DNA of 64,000 bases from Thiotrichaceae bacterium (GCA_012960105.1 DUBV01000063.1:4775-68774), one strand, 5' to 3'; positions 47,962-59,272 are shown, counted from the stretch's first letter. Made by a program: numbers and translations. The notes: generated by a model not told the origin, from the sequence alone.

Positions 47962-49022
47962 TAGCTATCCCCCCTTAAGGCAAGACCACAAGCAATCATC
48001 ATTGCTGGGGCATCATTTGTAAGGTGTCTTGTCGATACTCTTGAAGCAACCGCCATATTTGCGAACGGGTTAGCAATGATAGTTTTGACACCGAGTTTCG
48101 ACTCTACTAACTCAGCTATTCCTGGTATTGACGAACATCCGCCTGCAAGAACCAGCACATCAATTTCGCTGATTTGACTTGATGCATAAAAAAACTGTAA
48201 AGCTCGACCTACTTGAGAAGCCATATTATCTTTAAAGGGTTCTAATACTTCAGGTTCATAATTATCAGGTAACCCACCCTGTCTTTTAGCCAAACCCGCT
48301 TCCTCATAAGACAACCCATAGCGACGCTGTATATCTTCAGTTAATTGAGAACCGCCAAATGTTTCTTCACGGGAATATAAAGTTTTCATATTCTCCAAAA
48401 CACTAAAAGTAGTAATTGCCGAACCTACATCAGCAACAGCAATGGCATCAGTTGATGTCCCCGCAGGAAACCCCCTGCTCATTAAATCAATTGTATTTTC
48501 AATGGCAAAAGCTTCGATATCGACAACTTTCGCTGATAGCCCACCCAGTTCTATAGAAGCAACGACGTTATCAACTACTTCACTGCGCGAAGCAGCGAGT
48601 AAGACATCAACTCTATCTGCGCCTTCCCCTGATTCACCAATAATTTCAAAGTCCATGGAGACTTCTTCTAAAGGGAAAGGAATATACTGATCGGCTTCAA
48701 CTTGTATCTGACTTTCCATTTCATCATCATTAAGACCCGACGGCATACTGATTACTTTAGTGATAACAGAAGAACCCGCAACGCAAACAGCAGCGCTCTT
48801 AGTGCGCGTCCCAGCCTTCTTAACAGCACGTGCTACAGCCTCGCCGACTTGTTCAATATCGTTTATAGTCTTATCTGAGACTGAATTAGGGGGTAGAGCC
48901 TCAACTGCGTAACTTTCCACACGGTATTTACTACCGCTGCGGCTAAGTTCGAGCAACTTTATTGCAGTTGCGCTGATATCGATACCCAAGATAGGAGCTG
49001 ACTTTTTATTTAACGAAAACAC
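47961..49022 (-). CDS. pilM: Type IV pilus assembly ATPase-fold protein PilM
   Basis: Actin/FtsA-like fold: GIDISATAIKLLEL..., ...LAGGCSSIPG. Divergent from mrcA. Confidence 0.9.
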   Translation of the reverse strand: MFSLNKKSAPILGIDISATAIKLLELSRSGSKYRVESYAVEALPPNSVSDKTINDIEQVGEAVARAVKKAGTRTKSAAVCVAGSSVITKVISMPSGLNDDEMESQIQVEADQYIPFPLEEVSMDFEIIGESGEGADRVDVLLAASRSEVVDNVVASIELGGLSAKVVDIEAFAIENTIDLMSRGFPAGTSTDAIAVADVGSAITTFSVLENMKTLYSREETFGGSQLTEDIQRRYGLSYEEAGLAKRQGGLPDNYEPEVLEPFKDNMASQVGRALQFFYASSQISEIDVLVLAGGCSSIPGIAELVESKLGVKTIIANPFANMAVASRVSTRHLTNDAPAMMIACGLALRGDS

Positions 49023-49211
49023 TATTTTTTCCTTCTGCAGTCATTAGTTATGCGCCATAAGTATAAAGAACATTAAGTTCCTATGGCTACTATAGCCAAG
49101 AGAAAATTAAAAAACAATAAGTTTTTAGACTTATATAACGTATTACCTTAAGTTTTACAATTTAGTGAAAAATTAGAACATATAGGGTATTTGGGATACT
49201 ATTTGCACAAG

Positions 49212-51698
49212 ATGTTGCGTTTTTTCTTTAATTTTCTCCTCTCAATCATGGTTTTCGGCATAATTTCTGTCGTAATTGTGTCGTGGTATATCGTGCCAGG
49301 ACTGCCCGATATAGAAACATTAAAAGATGTCAGAATGCAGGTTCCTCTTCGAGTTTATAGTGCAGATTCATCTCTTATAGCCGAGTTTGGAGAGAAACGT
49401 CGCACACCTATACAGATAGAAGATGTTCAAATTAAATTAATTGAAGCGTTCTTAGCCGCTGAAGATGACCGCTTTTACGAGCATCCCGGTGTCGACTGGC
49501 ATGGTATTGCCAGAGCGGTTTACTCTTTAATAAAAACAGGCTCAAAGAAACAAGGTGGCAGCACAATAACTATGCAAGTCGCTAGAAACTTCTTTTTGAG
49601 CAGAGAAAAAACTTATCTCAGAAAACTCAATGAGATATTTCTTTCCTTTAAGATTGAACGAGAACTCAGTAAGAATGCCATCCTCGAACTTTATCTGAAT
49701 AAAATATATTTAGGACAACGAGCTTACGGCGTCGCCGCTGCAGCGCAAGTTTATTATGGCAAGGACATCAATTCCCTGAATCTAGCGCAAATAGCAATGA
49801 TTGCCGGGCTTCCTAAAGCACCCTCAACAACAAATCCTATCCGTAACGCCGAACGAGCAATGACTCGCAGAAATTATGTTTTGCAAAGAATGCTGACGCT
49901 TTCGCATATAACTGAAGAAGAATACAAAGAAGCTTCTGAATCGACTATAAGCGCTTCCTTGCATACAACCACTATTGATATAGAAGCACCATACATTGCA
50001 GAAATGGTTCGTAGCGATTTATTTGATAAACAAGGCGATGCTATTTACAACAATGGTTTAATCGTCACAACGACTATTCTCGATCGAAATCAAAATGCCG
50101 CTAATCAGGCATTAAGAAATGCATTGCTCGCTTATGATAAACGACATGGCTACCGCGGTTCAGAACATCATATAGACGACATCGAATTAAAAAGTGAAGA
50201 AGACATTGCTGTCTTACTTGAAAGTTTTTCATCGCTGGGAAAACTTTATCCTGCTCTAGTAACACATGTTAATGAACAATCGGTTAGTGCTACTATTTCC
50301 GGTATCGGACAAATAGAGATCAATTGGCAAGATCTAGAATGGGCAAGAAAATATATTAGCGAAAACCGACGTGGGACTAAGCCAAAAACAGCGGGAGAAA
50401 TATTAGAAGCTGGAGATATTATTCGTGTAATTGAAACCGAAACTGGAGACTGGGCACTATCTCAAATACCTGATGTAGAAGGCGGTATGGTTTCTTTGTC
50501 ACCGGATGATGGAGCCGTATTAGCTTTAGTCGGTGGCTTTGATTATTACAAAAATAAATTCAATCGTATCACTCAAGCACGTAGACAACCGGGCTCCGGG
50601 TTTAAACCATTCATCTACTCTGCTGCAATTGAATCAGGTAAAACCGCGTCAACACTCATTAACGATGCTCCTATCGTATTTGACGATCCCGGTGTTGAAG
50701 ATGAATGGCGTCCGGAAAATTACAGTCATAAAAGTTATGGCCCTACTCGAATACGTGTTGCATTAACTCATTCCCGAAACCTGGTATCGATCAGGCTGCT
50801 ACATTCTATTGGCGTACCTTACGCGCTTGAACACATTCAAAATTTTGGCTTTGATACTGACCAACTCCCACACAACCTTTCTTTGTCGCTTGGAAGTGCA
50901 GAAATAACACCTTGGCAAATGGCAAGAGCATACAGTGTTTTCGCCAATGGCGGTTTTCTAATCAACCCTTACTTCATAGATGAAATTAAAACTTACAGCG
51001 ATGAAGTACTCTTTAAAGCCGAACCTTTAGTAGTATGTAATGAATGTGCTGAGAAAAAACCGGAACTCTCTATTGATGAAGAACAACTGGAAGAAAATCA
51101 GCTTGAAACGTTATTAGAAGAAACGCTAAACGAAGATAGTGATGAATCTATAAGCGCAATTATTGAAGAAGAAATTAATGCCGAAGAAATACAATATGCG
51201 CCTCGTGTGGTTAACGCTCAAAACATCTGGATTACTAACTCAATGACGCGAGACGTAATAAAACATGGCACCGGCCGACGCGCATTACAACTCAACCGTA
51301 GCGATCTTTCAGGTAAAACCGGTACCACAAACGATCAACATGACGCATGGTTTTCCGGATTCAATTCAAATGTTGTTACCATAGCCTGGGTTGGCTTTGA
51401 TAAATTTCAACCTCTTGGTAGCCGTGAAACTGGAGCGAGAGCCGCATTACCGATATGGATTGATTATATGAGAGTCGCGCTTGATGGCATGCCTGAATCA
51501 ATTATGGAAAGACCCAAAGGACTGGTTAATGTTCGTATCGATCCCGTTAGTGGACAGCTCGCCAATGCAAATAATCCAGATGCCATATTTGAGGTATTCC
51601 GAATAGAACATGCGCCAAAGTCAACGGCAGAAACAAAACAACCTGATATCTTTTTACAAGAATCAGAATCCAGTTCTATCCCTGAACAATTATTTTAA
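49212..51698 (+). CDS. mrcA: Penicillin-binding protein 1A (bifunctional GT51 / transpeptidase)
   Basis: EDDRFYEHPGVD and GGSTITMQ (GT51). SGFKP (SxxK) and KTGTTND (TPase). Start set at the Met at 49212. Confidence 0.9.
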   Translation: MLRFFFNFLLSIMVFGIISVVIVSWYIVPGLPDIETLKDVRMQVPLRVYSADSSLIAEFGEKRRTPIQIEDVQIKLIEAFLAAEDDRFYEHPGVDWHGIARAVYSLIKTGSKKQGGSTITMQVARNFFLSREKTYLRKLNEIFLSFKIERELSKNAILELYLNKIYLGQRAYGVAAAAQVYYGKDINSLNLAQIAMIAGLPKAPSTTNPIRNAERAMTRRNYVLQRMLTLSHITEEEYKEASESTISASLHTTTIDIEAPYIAEMVRSDLFDKQGDAIYNNGLIVTTTILDRNQNAANQALRNALLAYDKRHGYRGSEHHIDDIELKSEEDIAVLLESFSSLGKLYPALVTHVNEQSVSATISGIGQIEINWQDLEWARKYISENRRGTKPKTAGEILEAGDIIRVIETETGDWALSQIPDVEGGMVSLSPDDGAVLALVGGFDYYKNKFNRITQARRQPGSGFKPFIYSAAIESGKTASTLINDAPIVFDDPGVEDEWRPENYSHKSYGPTRIRVALTHSRNLVSIRLLHSIGVPYALEHIQNFGFDTDQLPHNLSLSLGSAEITPWQMARAYSVFANGGFLINPYFIDEIKTYSDEVLFKAEPLVVCNECAEKKPELSIDEEQLEENQLETLLEETLNEDSDESISAIIEEEINAEEIQYAPRVVNAQNIWITNSMTRDVIKHGTGRRALQLNRSDLSGKTGTTNDQHDAWFSGFNSNVVTIAWVGFDKFQPLGSRETGARAALPIWIDYMRVALDGMPESIMERPKGLVNVRIDPVSGQLANANNPDAIFEVFRIEHAPKSTAETKQPDIFLQESESSSIPEQLF

Positions 51699-51755
51699 TA
51701 ACGCTCAGTACACGTGCTTGCCAGAGTTAACGTAACAAGAGGTTCCTTAATATAA

Positions 51756-53972
51756 ATGACTAGGGAATGTATATTACGTGTTGCCATAGCAACACCTCTG
51801 CGACGTCTGTTTGACTACCTGCCACCTGATAGTTTTGATATTAAAAATCTACATCTCGGTATTCGTGTCTCTGTACCTTTTGGTCGGCGAAAAGAAGTTA
51901 GCGGCATTATTATTTCTATAGGTGATACAAGCGATTTCCCACTAAACAAATTAAAGAAAATTAATGTCGTAATTGATAAGCATCCCATACTAGAAAAAAA
52001 ACATTTAAATTTTCTTATCTGGGCAAGTAAATATTATCATTACCCAATTGGAGAGGTCGTTTTTAGCGCTTTACCAACATGGCTAAGAAAAAATAATGCT
52101 ATAGAATTATTTCGGGAAAGTGTCTGGTCGGTAACCGAAAAAGGCATCGCGACCGATCCAAACCTGATTAGCAAATCACCAAAGCAAGCACAGATTTTAA
52201 ATTTCATTCAACAAAGCCAAACAGCTGTTAATGAATCTGAATTAAACAATAACTACCCAAGAGCAAAACAATCTCTACTGGCGCTTGAGAAAAAAGAACT
52301 CATTACCAAAGAATTATTAGATCCTATCGAGCCAGCTGAAAAAGAAATTAAAATAAACAAAAGCCCATTTAAATTAAATAAAGAACAAAAATCGGCAATA
52401 AAAGAAATCCTGAATTCCTTAGAATCTTCAGCAACATTTCTACTCGATGGTCTAACTGGAAGTGGAAAAACAGAAGTCTATATGTCGGTTATGGAACCCG
52501 TAATCAAAGCAGGGAGACAATGCCTGGTCTTATTACCGGAAATCGGATTAACGCCTCAACAAATACAACGTTTTAAAGATCGCTTTGAAGTGGATATAGC
52601 AATACAACATTCCGGTCTTAGTGAAACTGAACGAACGAAGCACTGGCAGGATGCCAAAACAGGAAAAGCAAAAATAATACTAGGCACGCGTTCTGCTGTC
52701 TGGACCCCGCTTGCAAATCCCGGTCTCTATATCATTGATGAAGAACATGACCTTTCTTATAAACAACAGGATAGTTTCCGTTATTCCGCTAGAGACATGC
52801 TGATTATTCGCGCAACTCGCGATAAAAGGCCTGCAGTTTTAGGTTCAGCAACACCATCCCTGGAAACACTGCACAATGCTAATAAAGAACGTTACCAACA
52901 TTTAATATTACCCGCCAGAGCCGGCGAAGCCAAACCACCAACACATCGAATACTGGATGTGCGCGGTAAAAAAATGTTTGGGCCACTATCACAATTACTA
53001 GTAGATGAAATAAGAACTCATTTAAATAATAAGAATCAGGTATTACTGTTTCTAAATCGCCGAGGTTATGCCTCACATTTATATTGTCATCACTGTGGTT
53101 GGAAAGCCGAATGTGAACGATGTGAACTACCTTATACCTATCATAAATACAATAACCGTATGGTTTGCCATCATTGCGATTCAAATAGAAGAAGTATTAA
53201 GCACTGTCCTGAATGTGAAGAAGAATTATTATTTCTTGGCCACGGTACCGAACGTATTGAAGAAGTGTTAGCCGAGTTATTCCCAAAAGCCATTGTTGCA
53301 AGAATTGACCGTGATACAACACGTAAAAAGAATGCGATGAATGAATACCTTGAAAAAATACATTCCGGCGAAATTGATATTCTCATTGGCACACAGATGT
53401 TAGCTAAAGGCCATCACTTTCCAAACGTAACATTGACCGGCATTGTTGATGCAGATCGCGGGCTGTTTTCCACTGATTTTCGGGCCAGTGAAAGACTGGC
53501 GCAACTTTTTATGCAAGTTAGCGGTCGAACAGGAAGAGGCTCGAAAGAAGGTACTGTAGTAGTACAGACACATAACCCTGAACACCCATTATTTAAACAA
53601 CTAATAGAACATGGATATAACTATTTTTCAAAATCTCTTTTACAAGAACGTAAGCACGCATCTTTACCGCCACATGCTTACATGGCTTTCCTCCGGGCTG
53701 AGGCGCATAATGCCAACGATGCAAAACGTTTTATAAATGATGCGATCATGCAATTAAATTTACTGACACAGAATGCATTACAACTATTTGGTCCTATTCC
53801 AGCTTTAATTGAAAAGCGTAGTGGCCGTTATCGCTATCAATTAATCATTCAATCCTCCAGTAGAAAATCCTTACACTCTCATTTAGATCAGTGGCTGGAT
53901 AAACTTGATGAGATGAAGACAGCTAAGAAAGTTCGCTGGTCAATAGACATCGATCCTCAGGACATGACATAG
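51756..53972 (+). CDS. priA: Primosomal replication-restart helicase PriA
   Basis: GLTGSGKTEVY, IIDEEHD, Cys-rich zinc-finger insert (CHHCGW...CERC...CHHC...CPEC), QVSGRTGR. Confidence 0.92.
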   Translation: MTRECILRVAIATPLRRLFDYLPPDSFDIKNLHLGIRVSVPFGRRKEVSGIIISIGDTSDFPLNKLKKINVVIDKHPILEKKHLNFLIWASKYYHYPIGEVVFSALPTWLRKNNAIELFRESVWSVTEKGIATDPNLISKSPKQAQILNFIQQSQTAVNESELNNNYPRAKQSLLALEKKELITKELLDPIEPAEKEIKINKSPFKLNKEQKSAIKEILNSLESSATFLLDGLTGSGKTEVYMSVMEPVIKAGRQCLVLLPEIGLTPQQIQRFKDRFEVDIAIQHSGLSETERTKHWQDAKTGKAKIILGTRSAVWTPLANPGLYIIDEEHDLSYKQQDSFRYSARDMLIIRATRDKRPAVLGSATPSLETLHNANKERYQHLILPARAGEAKPPTHRILDVRGKKMFGPLSQLLVDEIRTHLNNKNQVLLFLNRRGYASHLYCHHCGWKAECERCELPYTYHKYNNRMVCHHCDSNRRSIKHCPECEEELLFLGHGTERIEEVLAELFPKAIVARIDRDTTRKKNAMNEYLEKIHSGEIDILIGTQMLAKGHHFPNVTLTGIVDADRGLFSTDFRASERLAQLFMQVSGRTGRGSKEGTVVVQTHNPEHPLFKQLIEHGYNYFSKSLLQERKHASLPPHAYMAFLRAEAHNANDAKRFINDAIMQLNLLTQNALQLFGPIPALIEKRSGRYRYQLIIQSSSRKSLHSHLDQWLDKLDEMKTAKKVRWSIDIDPQDMT

Positions 53973-54110
53973 GGCACATTTAAAAATGCACTTTTTCCGC
54001 AATCTTTTCGTCAGTCTTGTGCTCAGATTTTCATGTATTATTCATACACTCAATCTTGCGAAAAAATCACTATTTTTAAAAGCACCCTTAGCTTTAGCTG
54101 GAATTTAAAA

Positions 54111-54761
54111 ATGAATAAATACAGAATAAATATATTGATTCTTCTTTCATGCTTGTGTTTTTTTGCTCAAGCATCCGATGGTGATTTAGACGTTGCTATT
54201 AGTAATGAGATTGATTTTGTCGACGTTAAACACAACGGCAAGTCTGTCAGAATCCATAGAAATCAATCTGCTAGCAACACCATCAATCCTGACTACGCTA
54301 AAACATCGAGAAAATGTCCGCCTTTTTGTATTCAACCAAGCAAACTTGCTGAGGGTGTCGACACTATTGCTGAATTGGAAATGCTGAACTATTTAAAACG
54401 CCTATCAAACGGAGATGATTCCATCCTAGTGATTGATTCGCGCACAGAAGATTGGGTTAAAAAAGGCACTATTCCCGGTTCGGTTAATATCCCCTGGACA
54501 TTATTAAAACCAGAAGCTGGAGCAGATCCTTTTCAAATTGCAGATATTCTGGAGAGTAAATTTGGTGCGGTCAGCATTGAAAACTTATGGGATTTTTCCA
54601 ATGTCAAAACATTAGTCCTATTCTGCAATGGTATGTGGTGCGGTCAATCACCGTCCAATATTAAAACATTACTCCGATTCGGTTACCCTCCGCAAAAACT
54701 GAAATGGTATCGCGGTGGTATGCAAAATTGGGAAAATCTTGGCTTAACCGTCATTAAATAA
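54111..54761 (+). CDS. Exported rhodanese-domain protein
   Basis: Signal peptide from the Met at 54111 (...CFFAQA). Rhodanese active-site loop LFCNGMWCGQS. Confidence 0.65.
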   Translation: MNKYRINILILLSCLCFFAQASDGDLDVAISNEIDFVDVKHNGKSVRIHRNQSASNTINPDYAKTSRKCPPFCIQPSKLAEGVDTIAELEMLNYLKRLSNGDDSILVIDSRTEDWVKKGTIPGSVNIPWTLLKPEAGADPFQIADILESKFGAVSIENLWDFSNVKTLVLFCNGMWCGQSPSNIKTLLRFGYPPQKLKWYRGGMQNWENLGLTVIK

Positions 54762-54841
54762 CACGGTGCAGCTTCTACTTAACAAACAAAGTCTCTAGAA
54801 TGTGCCACTTTTGAAAATACAGTAACTATTAAGGGCGCTCG

Positions 54842-56587
54842 GTGAAAAAACAAATTCAGGAACTCATAGCTAACTCTCTAAAGACTCTCGAGTCTGAAGA
54901 GATAATACCCGCTATAGAACAACCCAAAATTACGATTGAAAATAGTCGAGACTCAGCTCACGGTGATTTTGCATCAAATATCGCTATGGTATTGGCAAAA
55001 GTAGCCAAGACTAACCCTCGAGGTCTAGCCGAAAAGATTATTAAATACTTACCTAAATCTGACATCGTAGAACGTACAGAAATTGCCGGTCCCGGATTCA
55101 TCAATTTCTTTCTAAAACAGAATACGCACCAATCTATCATTATCGATATTCTGGAGAAGGGAGACCAATATGGTGATTCCAGTATTGGTAACAACATAGC
55201 AACATTAGTTGAATTTGTTTCTGCAAACCCAACCGGCCCCTTGCATATTGGCCATGGTCGCGGTGCGGCATACGGAGCCGTCGTTGCTAACTTACTCAAA
55301 AAAGTCAGCTACAAAGTAAGCTGTGAATACTATGTGAATGATGCTGGACGACAAATGGATATTCTTGCCGTCAGTGTCTGGTTACGTTACTTGCAGATTA
55401 ACAACAAAAATATTCCATTCCCTGATAACGCTTATCAAGGTGACTATATAAATGATATTGCTGACAGTTTGCAAAAAACTCATGCAGAAAAGTTCATCAC
55501 AACGACTGAAAACCTATTTCCTCTGTTTGCAGAAGAAGACCCTGAATTAAAAATTGATGGTCTTATTGGCTATTGCAAAGATGAACTTGGCCAGGAAAAT
55601 TATCGAATTGTTTTTGACGAAGGTTTAAATGTAATTTTAGCAACTATTAAAAATGACTTAAACAATTTTGGTGTTGAATTTGACACCTGGTTTTCTGAAC
55701 GTTCGTTAGTCGACGATAACACCGTCAGCAAATGTATTGAGAAACTAACAAATAACAACTGGATCTATGAAAAAGACGGCGCACAGTGGTTTCGCTCCAG
55801 TAAACTTGGAGATGAAAAAGATCGCGTACTAATTAGAGAAAATGGTCTGGCGACCTACTTTGCATCAGACATTGCTTATCATTTATCCAAGGTAGAACGC
55901 GGCTTTGAAAAGATTATTGATATCTGGGGTGCGGATCATCATGGCTATATAACCAGAGTAAAAGCCTCCATGCAGGCGATGGAACTTTCACCAGAAAAAC
56001 TGGAAGTATTACTCGTCCAGTTTGCAACATTATATCGAGGCAAGGAAAAGTTACAGATGTCCACGCGTTCAGGACAATTTATTACGCTCAAAGAACTACA
56101 GGATGAAGTAGGAAAGGATGCCACACGATTTTTTTATATTATGCGAAAAAGTGAACAGCATCTGGATTTTGATATGGAACTCGCCAAATCACAGTCTAAT
56201 GACAACCCTGTTTACTACATACAGTATGCGCATGCGCGAATCTGTAGCGTCTTTAGACAAATGCCGGAAAAGGGTTTCACCTATAATCAGGAAGAAGCCC
56301 TGTCAGATTTATCAGTGTTAACTGAAACACATGAAATCAAATTACTTTCAACACTTGCTAGATATCCTGAGGTAATAGAAAATGCAGCTCTAGCCTATGA
56401 ACCTCATCAATTAGTCTATTATCTAAAAGATGTAGCTAATGATTTTCATACCTATTACAACGCTAGTCAGTTTTTAATTGAAGATAATGTCATAAGAAAT
56501 GCACGACTTGCTTTAGTAGTTGCAACAAAACAAGTGATTAAAAATGGTTTATCTTTATTAGGTGTAAGTTCTCCAGAGGTAATGTAG
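54842..56587 (+). CDS. argS: Arginyl-tRNA synthetase
   Basis: GTG start. SANPTGPLHIGHGR (HIGH), MSTRSG (KMSK-like), C-terminal anticodon-binding domain ending ...PEVM. Confidence 0.93.
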   Translation: MKKQIQELIANSLKTLESEEIIPAIEQPKITIENSRDSAHGDFASNIAMVLAKVAKTNPRGLAEKIIKYLPKSDIVERTEIAGPGFINFFLKQNTHQSIIIDILEKGDQYGDSSIGNNIATLVEFVSANPTGPLHIGHGRGAAYGAVVANLLKKVSYKVSCEYYVNDAGRQMDILAVSVWLRYLQINNKNIPFPDNAYQGDYINDIADSLQKTHAEKFITTTENLFPLFAEEDPELKIDGLIGYCKDELGQENYRIVFDEGLNVILATIKNDLNNFGVEFDTWFSERSLVDDNTVSKCIEKLTNNNWIYEKDGAQWFRSSKLGDEKDRVLIRENGLATYFASDIAYHLSKVERGFEKIIDIWGADHHGYITRVKASMQAMELSPEKLEVLLVQFATLYRGKEKLQMSTRSGQFITLKELQDEVGKDATRFFYIMRKSEQHLDFDMELAKSQSNDNPVYYIQYAHARICSVFRQMPEKGFTYNQEEALSDLSVLTETHEIKLLSTLARYPEVIENAALAYEPHQLVYYLKDVANDFHTYYNASQFLIEDNVIRNARLALVVATKQVIKNGLSLLGVSSPEVM

Positions 56588-57171
56588 TGCCGAGAGATTA
56601 TAAAAATATAAAAAAGAAAAAAGCGGAACCACTAAAAAAGCGTTTTAGTAACGCGCTTTCTTTTATCACAGGCTTAACCATAGGCTTATTCGTCGCCATT
56701 ATCGTTTATTTTTATGAGCACAACGCCACTATTGTCAGTAACAACCCTCTCTTGGTTAACGAAACGACATCTGAAGATAGCAAGATAAATGAAAACATTG
56801 CTCAATTACCTGAGCCACAATTCGCTTTTTATAAAATATTGCCAAGCAAAGAAGTCAATATATCTGAATGGGAATCCGTTGAAGAAGAAGAAATAACAGC
56901 AAGCCCGCAGAAAGATCAACAACCCGTTATGTTTGTGTTACAAGTCGGCTCCTTTAAACAGTACCAATCTGCCGACCAAATAAAAGCTAAACTTGCGCTG
57001 ATGGGAGTAACTGCCGACATCCAACGAGTCGTTATCAACGGGCAGGATATACGTCATCGTGTCCGTGTCGGTCCATTCAAAAACACAGAAAAATTACAAC
57101 AAGCTCGTAACCGTTTATTAGCTAACGATCTGGATTTCATGTTGTTAAAACTAAAAATGGAAGATATCTAG
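56587..57171 (+). CDS. SPOR-domain cell-division-type protein (FtsN-like)
   Basis: Short cytoplasmic tail, one TM helix, C-terminal SPOR (FVLQVGSFKQYQSADQIKAKL...HRVRVGPF). Start overlaps the argS stop. Confidence 0.7.
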   Translation: MPRDYKNIKKKKAEPLKKRFSNALSFITGLTIGLFVAIIVYFYEHNATIVSNNPLLVNETTSEDSKINENIAQLPEPQFAFYKILPSKEVNISEWESVEEEEITASPQKDQQPVMFVLQVGSFKQYQSADQIKAKLALMGVTADIQRVVINGQDIRHRVRVGPFKNTEKLQQARNRLLANDLDFMLLKLKMEDI

Positions 57172-57184
57172 TTTCACAAAAACT

Positions 57185-58477
57185 ATGTCAACATCTCCAG
57201 AAAAATTGGCAAATATCGAATTATTGAAGAAGTGGGTCGCGGCAGTATGGGAACTGTTTATTCAGCTCACGATCCTTTTGCTGATAAAATAGTAGCCATT
57301 AAGCTTGCTCATCCCCAATATGTAAGTGAAAAAGAAACGGGGGAGCGTTTCAAAAAACTTTTCTTCAACGAAGCTCAGGCAGCCGGCATATTAGACCACC
57401 CCAGTATCTTAAATATCCATGATGCCGATGTTGATGGCGAAAACTGTTACCTCGTTATGGAATACATACATAACGCTAAAACACTAGACCGCTATTGCAA
57501 AACAGAATCTTTACTCTTTATACGTGAAGTCGTTGGCATCATATATAAAATAGCCAAGGCACTCGATTACGCACACCGCCAAGGTATTATTCATCGCGAC
57601 ATCAAACCTAATAATATTCTGGAAACAGAGTCACTGGAGATCAAAATTGCTGACTTCAGTATCGCCATGATCATTCGTGAAGACTTTATGGAAACTCAAT
57701 TTCATGGTTTCCTCGGTTCACCTCTATATATGTCACCTGAACAAATCAATGAGTGGCAAATATCGACTAATACCGATATTTTCTCGCTGGGTATTATTAT
57801 GTACGAAATGTTAACAGGCTATCACCCGTTTAAGGCTGACAACCTGAATGCTATCAGCAAAAAAATAACATCTGGCCCCCCCATTAACTGACTTTCGAAA
57901 TGATGTGCCAGAAATACTGGATTACGCCTTAAAACGCATGCTGACAAAGAACCCAGAGAAACGTTATGCAATGGGACTAGATCTTGCTGCAGATTTGGCA
58001 CTAATCTTTGAAGATCTTGATAACGTAGAAAATCAAGATGCTTTGCGAGACAAATTTGAAACTATCCAGAATTTAGGTTTTTTTCAGGGATTTACCGATG
58101 CTGACATTTGGGAACTCATTCGCGCCTGTGATTGGCATAAATACTCTAGCCAGACTAATATCATTGAAGAAGGCACTGAAGATCACTCCTTCTACATAGT
58201 TTTGTCTGGCATCGTCACTGTTGAGAAAAACGGTCAACAAATTGATTCTTTGCAAGAGGGTGCCTGTTTTGGCGGAATGGGGTACTTTTCCAAAGCTAAA
58301 CGTTCAGCATCTGTCGTAGCAAAGACCGATGTTTCTTTAATACAGGTTAACTCTTCCACATTAGACCGTGCCGCGGAAGGAACCCAACTTCGATTTCTGA
58401 AAGTATTTGTAAAAACCCTCATTGGTCGTCTTGCCGATACAACTTCTATTCTCACTCAATATAGAGAGATCAATTAA
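57185..58477 (+). pseudogene. Hanks-type Ser/Thr protein kinase fused to a C-terminal cyclic-nucleotide-binding domain, interrupted by two homopolymer frameshifts
   Basis: ATG57185 (MSTSPEK) is out of frame with ...IGKYRIIEEVGRGSMGTVY at the A5 run 57201-57205. Kinase motifs are VAIK, HRDIKPNNIL, ADFS and SPLYMSPE. The frame breaks at the C7 run 57876-57882 (...SGPP / LTDFRNDVPEILDYALKRMLTKNPEKRY). The CNB domain is FFQGF...HSFYIVLSG...CFGGMGYFSKAKRSASVVA. Confidence 0.7.
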
Positions 58478-58865
58478 AACGGTTCTAAAATCTAAGCTAA
58501 TGGATCTGCAAGAAGCTACATCTACAAACACCCCTAATATTCCGTAAGCAACACATAAATAACTGCCAAAATAACTATAAAACGGTAATAAATGAGTTAC
58601 TATTATTCGATTCGAAACTCAAATTCATCCTAAATTTATGTAATGTTGAGCTAAATAAATTTAGATATAGGCTCATGTTCTATTTAGTGTACTATTTACA
58701 GTTAGAGTATGTTCTAAATCAATGATAACATTGAGAATACAACTATTGTGATAACGAGGTAAATTAACTCAAATAGATGATGTAAATAATAATAATCAAT
58801 GAGTTAGTGCAACTTTATAAGTTTACTTATAAAATACATAAAGGAATACAGACTAAACATCAAAC

Positions 58866-59255
58866 ATGAGTGATTCTAAACAGACAGTAGTAGTAGTTGA
58901 TGATAATGCGACCGTTCGTACATTATTTCAGCGCAGCACTGAAAACTTGGCAATTGATCTAATCACTTTTAGCTCAGCTCAAGAGTCAATGGATTACCTT
59001 GACGAAAACAAGCCCAGTCTGTTGTTTCTCGACATTATAATGCCTGATAAAGACGGCTTAACTTTCTTGCAAGAGTTAAGAAAATTACCTCTGCACAGAG
59101 ATACCCCTGTGATAATGATTACCTCGAAAGATTATGCCCAGGATCGAACTGTAGCAAATGAGCTTGGAGCATCAGAATTTATTACCAAACCGATGCCAAT
59201 GAAAGCAATAACAGATATAATTCTCGAATATTTAAATAAAGATCATCCATACTAA
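58866..59255 (+). CDS. Stand-alone receiver-domain response regulator (CheY-like)
   Basis: VVVVDDN, phospho-acceptor LLFLDIIMPDKDG, ITSKD, and a Lys in FITKP. 129 aa with no output domain. Confidence 0.85.
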   Translation: MSDSKQTVVVVDDNATVRTLFQRSTENLAIDLITFSSAQESMDYLDENKPSLLFLDIIMPDKDGLTFLQELRKLPLHRDTPVIMITSKDYAQDRTVANELGASEFITKPMPMKAITDIILEYLNKDHPY

Positions 59256-59272
59256 TTAATCAAGAATAGCGC

